From NCBI GenBank assembly GCA_003161635.1, contig PMOA01000100.1, positions 9,771-73,770 of the forward strand: DNA of 64,000 nucleotides, in the 5' to 3' direction. This DNA comes from Limisphaerales bacterium. GTDB taxonomy: Bacteria > Verrucomicrobiota > Verrucomicrobiia > Limisphaerales > UBA11358. The position numbers and the translations under genes were made by a program. The notes beneath the pieces are model-generated. The model was given only the letters and a program-made list of their open reading frames with translations. It was not told the origin of the DNA and did no database searches. Positions within the stretch are counted from its first letter, which is position 1. Every line of letters starts with the position of its first letter. Shown one piece after another: positions 25,396 to 35,718 of the stretch.

Positions 25396-27372
25396 TCAAG
25401 CGAGGCGTTTGTCCGACGCAGTAATCCGGAGAAGCAGGTCGTTCAGTTCCTGCATGCGCGGCGGTTTGCCGATAACGGCGTCCACTTCTGAAGCGGTTTC
25501 TCCCTCTTCCCTCATTATCGTGCCCCAGCCGGTCATCATGATGATGGGTGTGTTGGGGGACTCCGCTTTGATGGTTCGGGCCACTTGGTGTCCATCCATC
25601 TTTGGCATGCCCAGATCCGTAATGACCACTTCGTAGGGCTGGTTTTTCAGCATGGCTGTGCGGAACAATTCCATTCCGTGCTCCCCGCCGGAGGCAACCA
25701 TCACCCGATGATTGAAGTGAGTGAGACAATCGTCCAGGAGTTGCCGGACCTGCGCGTCGTCATCAATACAGAGGATGTGAAGGGAGCGCTTCGGTTTGAC
25801 TTGTGGCGAGGTGCCCCGCACGGTTTGCGGAGGTTTTTCCTGAATGGGGAAAATAAGCCGGACACAGGTGCCGCGGCCGGGAGCGCTGTCAATCTCAATA
25901 ATGCCGTCATGGCGTTGCACCATTCCATAGACCATCGCCAGACCGAGTCCGGTGCCGCCGCGCTGGGCCTTGGTGGAAAAGAATGGTTCCAGACAATGTT
26001 GCCGTGTTTTCTCATCCATGCCGAAGCCGTTGTCCTTCACTTCGACCTGAAGCTGCCGCTCGGAGGTCCCACTCTCTTCCGAAACGGGACCACTAATGGA
26101 ACGAGTGGCAAAGGTGATGGTGCCGCCTTGCGGCATGGCGTCCACCGCATTGAAGACCAGGTTGATCAACGCTTCCCGGAGTTCACCGGCATCGCTGTGC
26201 AGCAAGGATGGCTCCGGTTCCAGTTCACATTGGACGTTAATGGAGATCCCTTGGCGTTGCGAAAGGTCACGCCAACGAGGGCGGGTGAGTTCGATCACCT
26301 CCTCAATGACTTTATTGATGTTCACTTGGGTCAATTGCTCCTCGTCAGAGCGGCGGCGATAGAACTCCCGCATGCGGGCGACGATTTGAGCTATGTCCCC
26401 GCCCGCCTGGTTGATGGTTTGCAGGTAATGCTTTGAGACCTCCGGCAAATCCGGCAGCGTACTTAGCAGCAGTTCCGAATAGGCGACAATGGGAGATAGC
26501 GCGTTGTTGACATCGTGTGCAACACCGCTGGCCATTTGTCCCAAGGCACGGAGGCGCTCCTGCTGCACCACCACATGCTGGGTCCGGCGCAACTCTTCGT
26601 AAGCCTTTTGAAGTCCATCGGTGAGGCGCACTTGATCATAAAGGCTGCGGCATTGTTCCTCGGTGGAGAGAACTTTGACCTGCAAGGCTTCCTTCTCCGA
26701 ACGAACTGCCGCGATTTCGGCAAGGACCTGCTCATTTTTGTATCGGACCTCCTCCAAGACGAGCACAATCATGCTGACGGCGATGAAAAGCTGCAACACT
26801 GCGGCCACAAAAAATCCGGTGCTAACCAGGTTGTCGTATTGCTGCGCAAGCGGATAACTTCCCAAATAAAAACCCCACAGCAAAAAGCCCAACGCCAGCA
26901 TGCCCGCACCCACGAACGGCATTTTCTTCCGCGACTGGTAGAAACAAAACCCGGCAAAAATACTGCCGGAACCAAGCAGAATAAAGACCGGCAACTGAAT
27001 TTCCAATGTACTTGAGAGGATTTGCGGACTGACGATGGTCCAAACCACCAGGAACACCATGAACAGACCAAACAACGTCTGCCGAACGGGGAGGTTGAGA
27101 AAACGCAAGCTGCCCCACAAAAGAAAGACCGCCGAAATCGCCACACAACACTGCTTGAGCATGAAAAAGACGCTCTCAGGCGGAGAATTTTGCGTTGGGA
27201 GGCTTAACGTCAGCCACAGGGCATAAAATAACCACGCCGCCGTCCACACGGTGAAATATTCCCGTTTGGTATAACGATTCAGGTAGTAAAAAAGCCCCAC
27301 CAGCACCCACACGCTTAACAGCGACACCATCAACGCCGCCTGCATATATTCCCGGGAAAATATCAAATCCAT
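25396..27372 (-). CDS. hybrid sensor histidine kinase/response regulator with ~6 N-terminal TM helices
   Basis: The N-terminal ~210 aa are polytopic. The HisKA H-box is LGQMASGVAHDVNNALSPI. HATPase motifs are NLVFNAVDAM (N), DNGFGMD (G1) and GTGLGLAMV (G2). The C-terminal receiver is ILCIDDD...VVITDLGMPKMDG...GKP. Confidence 0.9.
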   Translation of the reverse strand: MDLIFSREYMQAALMVSLLSVWVLVGLFYYLNRYTKREYFTVWTAAWLFYALWLTLSLPTQNSPPESVFFMLKQCCVAISAVFLLWGSLRFLNLPVRQTLFGLFMVFLVVWTIVSPQILSSTLEIQLPVFILLGSGSIFAGFCFYQSRKKMPFVGAGMLALGFLLWGFYLGSYPLAQQYDNLVSTGFFVAAVLQLFIAVSMIVLVLEEVRYKNEQVLAEIAAVRSEKEALQVKVLSTEEQCRSLYDQVRLTDGLQKAYEELRRTQHVVVQQERLRALGQMASGVAHDVNNALSPIVAYSELLLSTLPDLPEVSKHYLQTINQAGGDIAQIVARMREFYRRRSDEEQLTQVNINKVIEEVIELTRPRWRDLSQRQGISINVQCELEPEPSLLHSDAGELREALINLVFNAVDAMPQGGTITFATRSISGPVSEESGTSERQLQVEVKDNGFGMDEKTRQHCLEPFFSTKAQRGGTGLGLAMVYGMVQRHDGIIEIDSAPGRGTCVRLIFPIQEKPPQTVRGTSPQVKPKRSLHILCIDDDAQVRQLLDDCLTHFNHRVMVASGGEHGMELFRTAMLKNQPYEVVITDLGMPKMDGHQVARTIKAESPNTPIIMMTGWGTIMREEGETASEVDAVIGKPPRMQELNDLLLRITASDKRLA

Positions 27373-27622
27373 ACCTTTAAGTCCTATAATTTCATTTCCG
27401 GCTGCACTTTAATCAACCTGTCAACTTGGCAGCTTTGATTATTAAACCTTCAGATTGTTGCATAAGCCTTTCCGAACAAATCAGATATATCTAATCATAA
27501 AATCAGATTCTGTCAATCTTTCTGCCATGCGGTTTAGGAAGCATTTTCCGGGCCGGGAAGGAACTTACGCCTTCACCTACTTTCTCTTTGGAACCCGTCC
27601 TTATACGCTTATACTCAAGCGC

Positions 27623-29374
27623 ATGGACAAAGAGCAAGTCGCGGAAATTTTAGCCGAAATCGGCACACTGCTGGAATTAAAGGGCGAAAATCCGTTCAAG
27701 ACGCGTGCCTACGCGAATGCCGCGCGAACGATTGAAAGTCTAAGCGAGCCGCTGACAAAAATTGTCGCCGAAAATCGGCTCGGCGAAATCAAAGGTGTCG
27801 GCGAAGCGCTCACGAAAAAAATCACCGAATTTGTCACAACCGGCAAATTGAAGTATTACGATGAGTTGAAGGCTTCGATTCCACCCGGTTTGATCGAGAT
27901 GCTGGAAATTCCCGGGCTGGGGCCGAAGAAAATCCAGGCGCTCAACCAAAAACTCGGCGTGGATTCGGTCGAGAAACTCGAAGCTGCCTGCAATGCTGGC
28001 AAAGTGGCCGAACTCGACGGCTTTGGTGAAAAAACGCAGTCGAATTTGCTCGAAGGCATTGCGCGCCGCCGTACTTACGCTTCGAAACATTTGTTGAGCG
28101 AAGCGTTGCGCGCCGCCGAACCGTTACTCGACGGTTTGCGCGGGTATTCTGACGTCATCCGATGTAGTGCTGCCGGCAGTTTGCGGCGGGTCAAGGAAGT
28201 CATCGGCGACATTGATTTGCTGGCATCGTCGAAAAAGCCGGCGGAGGTAATTGGGGGGTTTGTCGCGCAGCCGGGCATCATCAAAGTCACCGCCAAGGGT
28301 GAAACAAAGGCAAGCGTCATTCTGGACGGTGGCATTCAATGCGATTTGCGTGTGGTGAGCGACAAGGAATTCCCGTTTGCGCTTGCGTATTTCACCGGCA
28401 GCAAGGAGCACAACATCGTCATGCGCCAGCGGGCGATTCAGCGCGGCCTGCGGCTCAACGAATACGGCTTGTTCAAATCGAAGGAAGAGACGCGCGACTC
28501 AAAGCTGCTTGTGCCGTGCCGGGACGAAACGGAAATTTTTACGAAACTGGATTTGCCGTTTGTGCCGCCTGAACTGCGTGAAGATCACGGAGAATTTGCG
28601 GCGGGTGAAAAGAACGATTTGCCGCGGCTCATCGAATGGACGGATTTAAAAGGCGCGCTGCACAATCACTCGACGTGGAGTGACGGCCACAATCGGCTTG
28701 AGGAAATTGCCGAATACATGGAAGAACTTGGTTTGGCATACTGGGCGATCACCGACCATTCGAAGTCGTCGTTTCAGGCGAATGGTCTCGACGTAAAACG
28801 CGTTCGCGAGCAAATCAAGGAAATCAAAAAGATTAACGGGCAGCTTGCCGAACGCGGCAGCGATTTTTGTCTGCTCACCGGAACTGAAGTGGACATTTTG
28901 CGCGACCGGCTGGATTTCAACGACGAATTGCTCGCAGAACTGGACGTGGTGGTGGCAAGCTTGCATGTTCCAGCCAGCGGCGAGGCGGAGAACACAAAAC
29001 GTTTGATTCGGGCGGCGGAAAACAAATTTGTTCACATCATCGGCCACATGACCGGCCGGCTGCTTTTGGAACGCGAACCGTATCCAGTCAACGCGCAGGC
29101 GGTGATTGATGCGTGTGCTGAGACTGGAACATGGATCGAGTTGAACTGTAATCCGCACCGGTTTGACTTGGACTGGCGGTTGTGGCCTTACGCAAGAAGC
29201 AGGGGCGTGAAATGCGTCATCAACCCGGACGCGCACCGGAATGAACACGCTGATTTTCTCAGGCTGGGCGCGGGAATCGCGCGCAAGGGTTGGCTGGAAC
29301 AAACAGACGTCGTCAACACTCTTACCTTAAAATCGCTGCGGAAGGAATTGAAACGCAAGCGCTTAAATGGTTGA
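27623..29374 (+). CDS. DNA polymerase/3'-5' exonuclease PolX (Pol beta-like domain plus PHP domain)
   Basis: From ATG 27623 (MDKEQVAEILAEIGTLLELKGENPFKTRAYANAAR). Motifs: GVGEALTKKI, GLGPKK, GSLRRVKEVIGDIDLL, FTGSKEHNI. PHP motifs: LHNHSTWSDG, ITDHS, ASLH, HIIGH. Confidence 0.88.
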   Translation: MDKEQVAEILAEIGTLLELKGENPFKTRAYANAARTIESLSEPLTKIVAENRLGEIKGVGEALTKKITEFVTTGKLKYYDELKASIPPGLIEMLEIPGLGPKKIQALNQKLGVDSVEKLEAACNAGKVAELDGFGEKTQSNLLEGIARRRTYASKHLLSEALRAAEPLLDGLRGYSDVIRCSAAGSLRRVKEVIGDIDLLASSKKPAEVIGGFVAQPGIIKVTAKGETKASVILDGGIQCDLRVVSDKEFPFALAYFTGSKEHNIVMRQRAIQRGLRLNEYGLFKSKEETRDSKLLVPCRDETEIFTKLDLPFVPPELREDHGEFAAGEKNDLPRLIEWTDLKGALHNHSTWSDGHNRLEEIAEYMEELGLAYWAITDHSKSSFQANGLDVKRVREQIKEIKKINGQLAERGSDFCLLTGTEVDILRDRLDFNDELLAELDVVVASLHVPASGEAENTKRLIRAAENKFVHIIGHMTGRLLLEREPYPVNAQAVIDACAETGTWIELNCNPHRFDLDWRLWPYARSRGVKCVINPDAHRNEHADFLRLGAGIARKGWLEQTDVVNTLTLKSLRKELKRKRLNG

Positions 29375-29547
29375 GGCAGGCAAGATTTTAAGGGCTTTTT
29401 GCTGTCCAGATAAGCAAAAAAATGCTTTGACTGTGATAAGATTTTGTTGGTAGCTTTACTTGGTCGTTGGCTGTTTGCCCTTTTTTTGAATGTTAAAGGG
29501 CGTGAATGGTCTAAATAATGATCCGGGGTGATAACGATATGAACGAT

Positions 29548-30837
29548 ATGAAAAAGTTTTTTATCTCTGTGGGACTCATTGCTGCCGGGACGGCCAGCCT
29601 TCAGGCTGCCTATGCCCCTGACTGGAATTCCAAGTCGGCTTCTATGTGGAGTGTTTCGGGCACGCTGCGGGGGTTTTATGATGACAACTACGAAACGGCG
29701 CCAAATGGAGCCAAACAAGGCAGCTTCGGTTTTGAGTTTTCCCCCGAACTTGAGTTCAACATGCCACTGCAACAAACCGAGTTGGGGATGCGTTACATTT
29801 ACGGTTTGTATTATTATCAGCAGCGGGAGAAGCTAGGCGAAAACCCGATTGACCAGACCCAGCAATTTGATTTGTGGGTGGATCACGCGTTCACCGACCG
29901 TTGGCAGGCAAGAGTGCAGGATTCGTTTATCATGGGGCAGGAGCCGGAATTGATTGATCCCAATACCTCCGTGACGCGCCGCGTTAATGGAAATAACATC
30001 AGCAACACTGGCACCCTAATTCTGAACACGGCTTGGACGCGGTTATTCAGCACCGCGTTGAACTATCAGAATTCATTCTTCGATTACCAGAACAGCGGCG
30101 CTACCACTGCTAATCTTGCGACTCAAGGCGCCAGCCTTGCCGGTTTGTTGAATCGCATTGAGCAATTGGTTTCGTTGGATTTTCAATGGCATGTCGCACC
30201 GGAAACCGTGGCCTTTTTTGGCGGTCAGCTTGGCGTAGTAAATTATATAGGGGATGAGCCGATTGCTCTCAATACTGTAGGGCCTCAACCATTTTATTAT
30301 AGCGACGCTCGTGACAGCCGTTCGTACTATGGATATGTTGGGATTCAACGCAGTATGCTTGCGAATTTGAGCTTTACCGGCAAAATTGGAGCTCAATACA
30401 CCGACAACTATAATGATAACACAACTTCGCTCAATCCCTATGCGGATCTTTCGTTGATTTATACCTACTTGCCGGGCAGTTACGCCCAAATTGGTTTTAC
30501 TCAAACGCAGAACGCAACCGATCAAGTGACGCCCGACAGCAACGGTCACATCACCTTGTCTACGGAGAGTTCCACGGTTTACGCTTCCATCAACCACAAA
30601 TTGACATCCAAGCTGCTGGGCACAGTCATTGGGCGCTGGCAACACTCGATATACAATCAGGGCCTTTACAATAATCAGGCGCTTGATTACTATAGTTTGG
30701 GTGTAAACCTGTCGTATAGTTTCAACCAGCATTTTTCAGTTGATGCCGGCTATAATCTTGATGATGTTGTCTCTAAAGTTCCGGGAAACAGTTATACGCG
30801 CAACCGCATTTATTTGGGAGTTACAGCCGCCTATTAG
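29548..30837 (+). CDS. outer-membrane beta-barrel protein of the EPS export block (EpsL-like role is an inference)
   Basis: From ATG 29548 (MKKFFISVGLIAAGTASLQA signal peptide). It shows an alternating-hydrophobicity strand pattern, is Tyr/Asn/Gly-rich, and ends LGVTAAY with a C-terminal aromatic residue. Confidence 0.55.
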   Translation: MKKFFISVGLIAAGTASLQAAYAPDWNSKSASMWSVSGTLRGFYDDNYETAPNGAKQGSFGFEFSPELEFNMPLQQTELGMRYIYGLYYYQQREKLGENPIDQTQQFDLWVDHAFTDRWQARVQDSFIMGQEPELIDPNTSVTRRVNGNNISNTGTLILNTAWTRLFSTALNYQNSFFDYQNSGATTANLATQGASLAGLLNRIEQLVSLDFQWHVAPETVAFFGGQLGVVNYIGDEPIALNTVGPQPFYYSDARDSRSYYGYVGIQRSMLANLSFTGKIGAQYTDNYNDNTTSLNPYADLSLIYTYLPGSYAQIGFTQTQNATDQVTPDSNGHITLSTESSTVYASINHKLTSKLLGTVIGRWQHSIYNQGLYNNQALDYYSLGVNLSYSFNQHFSVDAGYNLDDVVSKVPGNSYTRNRIYLGVTAAY

Positions 30838-30920
30838 CCAGCCGTGTTAAACTAAATTGTTTTGAACGTTTAGACGGGAGCCGGGTCAATGGTCTGGCTT
30901 CCATTATTTTTTTCCGACAT

Positions 30921-33092
30921 ATGGATTCATTACAACATCAGCCGCAACAGGAAACCAGGCTGCACTTCCTGGACTACTGGCGCATCATCCGCATTCGCAA
31001 GGCCATCATCATCACTGTTTTTCTGATTACCGCCATCGTCGCCACAGCGGTAACATTCCTTTTGCCCGAATCCTACGCCAGCACGGCCCGAATCAGAATC
31101 GAACCCGACTCTATTGCAGACATTACGGGCGTTGGCAATCACGTGACCTACGCTTCTTATGATCCCTATTTCATTCAGACCGAATTTGAAATCATCCAGG
31201 ACCGTGTTGTTTTGGGAAAAGTCATCGAAGCCCTGAACCTGAATGTCGAGTGGGGCAAAAAATACTTTGGCGGCGAAACACTCAAAACTCCCGAGACCAT
31301 GGAGTTTCTCAAGAAACGAATGAGCCTGATGCCCGTGCGCAACACCAAGCTCATTGGAATCACCGTTTATAGCGAAGACAAAAACGACGCTGCGCGCCTC
31401 GCCAATGCCATTGCCGAAGCCTACCGCAATTACCGCCGCGATCTGCGCAATCAACTCACCCTGAATGGCATCAAGGTTTTGGAAGATCAGTTTAAGTCGG
31501 ACCAAGAGCAAATCCAAGCCGTTCAAACCAATGTGGACAACCTGCGTCATGAATTGAGCGTCAATGACAGTGATCCCAACTCCATGATCCCCACGCCTAC
31601 GCTCTCGCAGGAGCAATTGCGCAACTACAACGCCATGCGTCTCGAAGGCGAGACGCGCTACATGAAACTGGAGAAACAACTGACCCAACTTCAGGCCTTA
31701 AGCCCGGATAAAATGAGGGACGTTCTGCCCACGTTGATTCCAGATGTAGCACTGTCCGATTTGTTGAACAAACTGCATGAGTCTCAACAGGCATTCGTCA
31801 CTTTGACAAACGACTATTCACCGGCCGATCTACATATCGCCCGTGTCCAATCCATGATTGACGAGTTGAATCCCCAGATTGACGCCCGGGTCACCGGCAT
31901 CATGGCCAGCTTGGAAAACCAGGTTCAGTCAGAGAAAGCCGCCCTCGACTCACTCACCGCCAGTGTTGAGACAGCCAAAGAAAAAGATCAGTTGGATTTC
32001 AGTAAAGGCCAGCCCTACTGGGAGAAAAAGCGCGAACTGGGAGAAAAGATCGAATTCCACAAGCTGCTTGGCGTCAAAATCGCACAGGAAAGGCTCGACC
32101 TTGAAATTCCCAAAACTTCAATAGTGGAAATTACCGGCCCGGCCGAGCCTGGAGACAGCCCCGTCAAACCAAACAAGACATTGAACATCGTTCTCGGTGT
32201 TGTCATCGGCTTGATCATGGGGGTCGGTTTGGCCTTCTTCATTGAATATCTGGATACCAGCGTCAAGACGATTGACGAGGTGGAGCGTGCGTTCCAATCG
32301 CCGGTGCTTGGCGTTATCCCGCAAAACGTCGGCTACTTGGTGGACGAAGGTCTCGAAAGCCCGCACGCCGAGGCCTACCGTGTGCTGCGCACCAACATCC
32401 TGTTCTCACGCAAGGACGAAAAGCTCAAGACCGTTGTCGTCGTCAGCGCCGGTGCGGGAGAAGGCAAATCCATCACCGTCATAAACCTAGCCACGGTGTT
32501 TGCTCAAGCCGGCCAGCGCGTATTGGTCGTGGATTCCGACCTGCGCCGTCCGACACTGCATAAACTGTTGCACATCAGCAACAACATCGGCCTGACCAAT
32601 TATCTGCTGAAACAAAACAAACTCGAAGAAATCATCCTGCCCACCAGCGTGCCGATGCTTGACTTCATGGCCAGCGGCAAACTGCCGAGCACTTCGATGA
32701 GCATTCTTGGTTCGGCGCAGATGAAGGAAATGGTCGCCGAATTGAAGCAGCGATACGATTTCATCTTCTTTGATTCGCCGCCCATTCTGGGTGTGAGCGA
32801 CGCCTCGGTCTTGGCCAGTGAAGTGGACATGGTCATTCAGGTTATTCAATACCGCCGTTATCCACAGCCCATGAGCATCCGCGCCAAGCAATTGATCGAA
32901 AAAGTCGGCGGCAACCTCATCGGCATCCTCCTCAACAACATCAACATGTCGCAGGACGAAAGTTATTACTACTACACCGGCTACTCCCAGGGTAATTATT
33001 ACTACTCGCGCAACGAAGACGCTCAGGAAACCCCCACCAAGGGAAAAGATTCCGACGACACCGACGTGATCGGGATTAAACAAAAGTATTGA
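30921..33092 (+). CDS. polysaccharide co-polymerase / BY-type tyrosine autokinase (Wzc-like)
   Basis: Wzz-type N-domain with TM (IIITVFLITAIVATAVTFLL), a long coiled coil and a second TM. Kinase motifs: SAGAGEGKS (Walker A), VDSDLRRP (A'), IFFDSPP (B). The C-terminal Tyr cluster is YYYYTGYSQGNYYYS. Confidence 0.88.
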   Translation: MDSLQHQPQQETRLHFLDYWRIIRIRKAIIITVFLITAIVATAVTFLLPESYASTARIRIEPDSIADITGVGNHVTYASYDPYFIQTEFEIIQDRVVLGKVIEALNLNVEWGKKYFGGETLKTPETMEFLKKRMSLMPVRNTKLIGITVYSEDKNDAARLANAIAEAYRNYRRDLRNQLTLNGIKVLEDQFKSDQEQIQAVQTNVDNLRHELSVNDSDPNSMIPTPTLSQEQLRNYNAMRLEGETRYMKLEKQLTQLQALSPDKMRDVLPTLIPDVALSDLLNKLHESQQAFVTLTNDYSPADLHIARVQSMIDELNPQIDARVTGIMASLENQVQSEKAALDSLTASVETAKEKDQLDFSKGQPYWEKKRELGEKIEFHKLLGVKIAQERLDLEIPKTSIVEITGPAEPGDSPVKPNKTLNIVLGVVIGLIMGVGLAFFIEYLDTSVKTIDEVERAFQSPVLGVIPQNVGYLVDEGLESPHAEAYRVLRTNILFSRKDEKLKTVVVVSAGAGEGKSITVINLATVFAQAGQRVLVVDSDLRRPTLHKLLHISNNIGLTNYLLKQNKLEEIILPTSVPMLDFMASGKLPSTSMSILGSAQMKEMVAELKQRYDFIFFDSPPILGVSDASVLASEVDMVIQVIQYRRYPQPMSIRAKQLIEKVGGNLIGILLNNINMSQDESYYYYTGYSQGNYYYSRNEDAQETPTKGKDSDDTDVIGIKQKY

Positions 33093-33124
33093 TTGTGCGC
33101 CCAGTTTCGTAAGGATTAGAGACA

Positions 33125-33733
33125 ATGAAATTATTTTGGAAAGCGTCAAGTTTGGGATTCTTTGCCTGTGGCCTGCTGTTCACCAGTGTCATTTTCACTG
33201 GATGCCATTCGCCGGTAATGACCGGTTCGCCATCCACAGGCTATACTACAGCGGAGGTTGCCCGTTTTCACGTCGGCGATACCGTCATCGTGACTTTGTC
33301 CGGCCTTCCGTCTGATATTCTTCCGCATCAGGAACCCATCAAGGAAGACGGCACCATCACCATGCCTGATATCGGGCATGTTCAAGCTGCGGGCAAAACT
33401 GCGGGGGAACTTCAGAACGAAATATATAATCTCTATGTGCCGAAACTTTACCGCCATCTCACGGTCACCGTGAATACCGGAGATCGCGTCTACTACGTTA
33501 CCGGTGAAGTCAAGCAACCCGCACGCCAGCTCTACTCCGGCCAAATGACCGTCACCAAGGCCATTACGACCGCGGGCGATTTCACTGACTTTGCCAATCA
33601 CAAAAAAGTCTTGCTCACCCGCGCCAATGGGCAGCGCATAAAAGTGAATTGCGACAAAATTCAAGCCGGCAAGGCCGTAGATCCGTTCGTTTATCCCAAC
33701 GACCAAATCCAGGTACCGCGTCGAATTTGGTGA
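33125..33733 (+). CDS. polysaccharide export protein (Wza-like Poly_export plus SLBB)
   Basis: Lipoprotein signal (LLFTSVIFTGC). Motifs: GDTVIVTL, EDGTITMPDIGHVQAAGKTAGELQNEI, YYVTGEVKQPA. Confidence 0.8.
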   Translation: MKLFWKASSLGFFACGLLFTSVIFTGCHSPVMTGSPSTGYTTAEVARFHVGDTVIVTLSGLPSDILPHQEPIKEDGTITMPDIGHVQAAGKTAGELQNEIYNLYVPKLYRHLTVTVNTGDRVYYVTGEVKQPARQLYSGQMTVTKAITTAGDFTDFANHKKVLLTRANGQRIKVNCDKIQAGKAVDPFVYPNDQIQVPRRIW

Positions 33734-34122
33734 TGATTCAACTCAACATCCTTTCGGGAAGAAAGGCGGGCGCTCAATCGGCAGCCCGCCGTTTTCCTTT
33801 CCGCATCGGACGTGCGGCGGGAAACGAACTGCAACTCGACGATGACGGCATTTGGGATCAGCACCTCACACTGGAATTTAACCGGCAGAAAGGTTTCACG
33901 CTTGCAACCGCGCCAAACGCCCTGACCACCGTCAACGGCGAACCCGTTCAGACCGCGATTCTTCGGAACGGTGACATCATCACCCTCGGTTCCGCCAAAC
34001 TCCAGTTCTGGCTTGCCGCCGCCCGCCAGCGCAGCCTGCATCTGCGTGAAGCATTCGTCTGGGTGTTGCTGGCGGCTGTCACTGCCGCCCAATTTGCATT
34101 GATTTACTGGCTCATCCGTTAA
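33733..34122 (+). CDS. FHA-domain protein with C-terminal TM anchor
   Basis: The ATG at 33733 shares its A with the last base of the Wza TGA stop (TGATG). [27 protein letters not shown]...TVNGEPV...[10 protein letters not shown] is a typical FHA pattern. The TM helix is [20 protein letters not shown]. Confidence 0.75.
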   Translation: MIQLNILSGRKAGAQSAARRFPFRIGRAAGNELQLDDDGIWDQHLTLEFNRQKGFTLATAPNALTTVNGEPVQTAILRNGDIITLGSAKLQFWLAAARQRSLHLREAFVWVLLAAVTAAQFALIYWLIR

Positions 34123-35672
34123 TGCCGGAAGTGCCGCGTGCCGGTGAATGCCATTGCCATATTCCGTGCATTCGCCGCCGCAATCACTTCCGCGTCGCGC
34201 ACCGAACCGCCCGGTTGAATCGCCGCCGTGGCACCCGCTTCCGCCGCCGCAATCAAACCGTCCGGGAACGGGAAAAACGCGTCGCTGCAAACCACGCTGC
34301 CCTTGAGCAAAAGCTTTGCTTCGCCCGCCTTCCAGACCGCAATCCGGCTTGCGTCCACGCGGCTCATTTGTCCTGCACCAATGCCCAGCGTCCGGTCGGC
34401 CGCCGCATAAACAATCGCGTTTGACTTCACGTGCTTGACCACGCGCCAGCCAAAAAGCATTGCGCGCAATTCATTGTCCGTCGGCTGCCGGCGGGTGACG
34501 ATTTTCAAATTCGCGCGCGCCGCTGTTTTTAAATCGCGCTCCTGCAACAAAAACGAACTTGCCCCAACACTTCGCACGTCCAGCGACCGTGCGGCGAGCG
34601 GTGATTTTAAGACTTTGAGCAGCCGTAGATTTTTTTTCTTCTTCAAAATCATCAGGGCTTCCGCTGAAAAATCCGGCGCGACGATGACCTCGCTGAAAAT
34701 TTCCGCGATGGCCTCCGCGCACGTGCCGTCAAGCGGACGGTTCACGGCGATGATGCCGCCGAACGGCGCCTGTTTGTCCGTCGCAAACGCCTTGTCCCAC
34801 GCCTCACGCAAATTTGCGCCCTGGCCGACCCCGCACGGATTGGTGTGCTTCAAAAGCGCCAGCGTCGGCGGGTCGTCCGAAAATTCCGCAATCAAATTCG
34901 CCGCCGCCGTCAAATCCAGAATGTTGTTGTAGGAAAGTTCCTTGCCGTGCAGTTGCTGGAAAAATTCATTGAAGCCACCGTAAAGCGCAGCCGCTTGATG
35001 CGGATTTTCACCGTAACGCAGCGGCTGCGCCAGCGGCGCGAAAACATTGAGTGAAGATGGCAGGCTGGAAGCCTCCGCCACGTTGAATTCTTTTTGCAGA
35101 TGCGCGGCAATTGCGCCGTCGTAGGCGGCAGTGCGCGCAAAAACTTTCGCTGCCAGTTTGCGTCGCAGTTCGAGTGTCGTATCGCCGTTGGCGGAAATTT
35201 GTTCCGCGACTTCCGCGTAATCCAGCGGATCAACGACCACCGTGACACTGTCGTGATTTTTTGCCGCGCTGCGGAGCATGGACGGCCCGCCGATGTCAAT
35301 GTTCTCGATCGCGTCGTGCAGCGTCACGTTCGGTCTGGCGACGGTTTGCTCGAACGGATAAAGATTCACAACGACGAGATCAATCGGCTGAATGTTATGC
35401 GTGCGGACAGCGGCTTCGTGCGTTTCGTTGCCGCGAATGAAAAGCAAACCGCCGTGGACTTTCGGATGGAGCGTTTTGACGCGGCCATCGAGCATTTCGG
35501 GAAAGCCGGTGTGTTCGCTGACGTCTTTTACCATGAGCCCGGCCTCGCGCAGCGTTTTGGCAGTGCCACCGGTGGAAATAATTTCAATTCCGGCTTTTGC
35601 CAGAATTTGCGCGAACGGAATCAAGCCCGTTTTGTCCGAAACTGAAATCAGCGCCCGTTGAATTTTTGCCAT
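34119..35672 (-). CDS. purH: bifunctional AICAR transformylase / IMP cyclohydrolase
   Basis: From ATG 35672 ([17 protein letters not shown]). Motifs: GGTAK.L...[67 protein letters not shown]. Confidence 0.96.
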   Translation of the reverse strand: MAKIQRALISVSDKTGLIPFAQILAKAGIEIISTGGTAKTLREAGLMVKDVSEHTGFPEMLDGRVKTLHPKVHGGLLFIRGNETHEAAVRTHNIQPIDLVVVNLYPFEQTVARPNVTLHDAIENIDIGGPSMLRSAAKNHDSVTVVVDPLDYAEVAEQISANGDTTLELRRKLAAKVFARTAAYDGAIAAHLQKEFNVAEASSLPSSLNVFAPLAQPLRYGENPHQAAALYGGFNEFFQQLHGKELSYNNILDLTAAANLIAEFSDDPPTLALLKHTNPCGVGQGANLREAWDKAFATDKQAPFGGIIAVNRPLDGTCAEAIAEIFSEVIVAPDFSAEALMILKKKKNLRLLKVLKSPLAARSLDVRSVGASSFLLQERDLKTAARANLKIVTRRQPTDNELRAMLFGWRVVKHVKSNAIVYAAADRTLGIGAGQMSRVDASRIAVWKAGEAKLLLKGSVVCSDAFFPFPDGLIAAAEAGATAAIQPGGSVRDAEVIAAANARNMAMAFTGTRHFRH

Positions 35673-35718
35673 AGCCCGACCAAAATCCCCCATGACTGCC
35701 GCTGCCGTCAACGGCAAA

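Noticed and set aside
30877-30913. Hairpin (GGAGCCGG/CUGGCUUCC with one bulge) plus U-run immediately before the Wzc-like gene start.
   Set aside because: The structure is plausible, but it ends only 8 nt before the ATG at 30921. That leaves no room for a promoter, so its role as terminator, attenuator or nothing cannot be judged. I did not list it as a feature.
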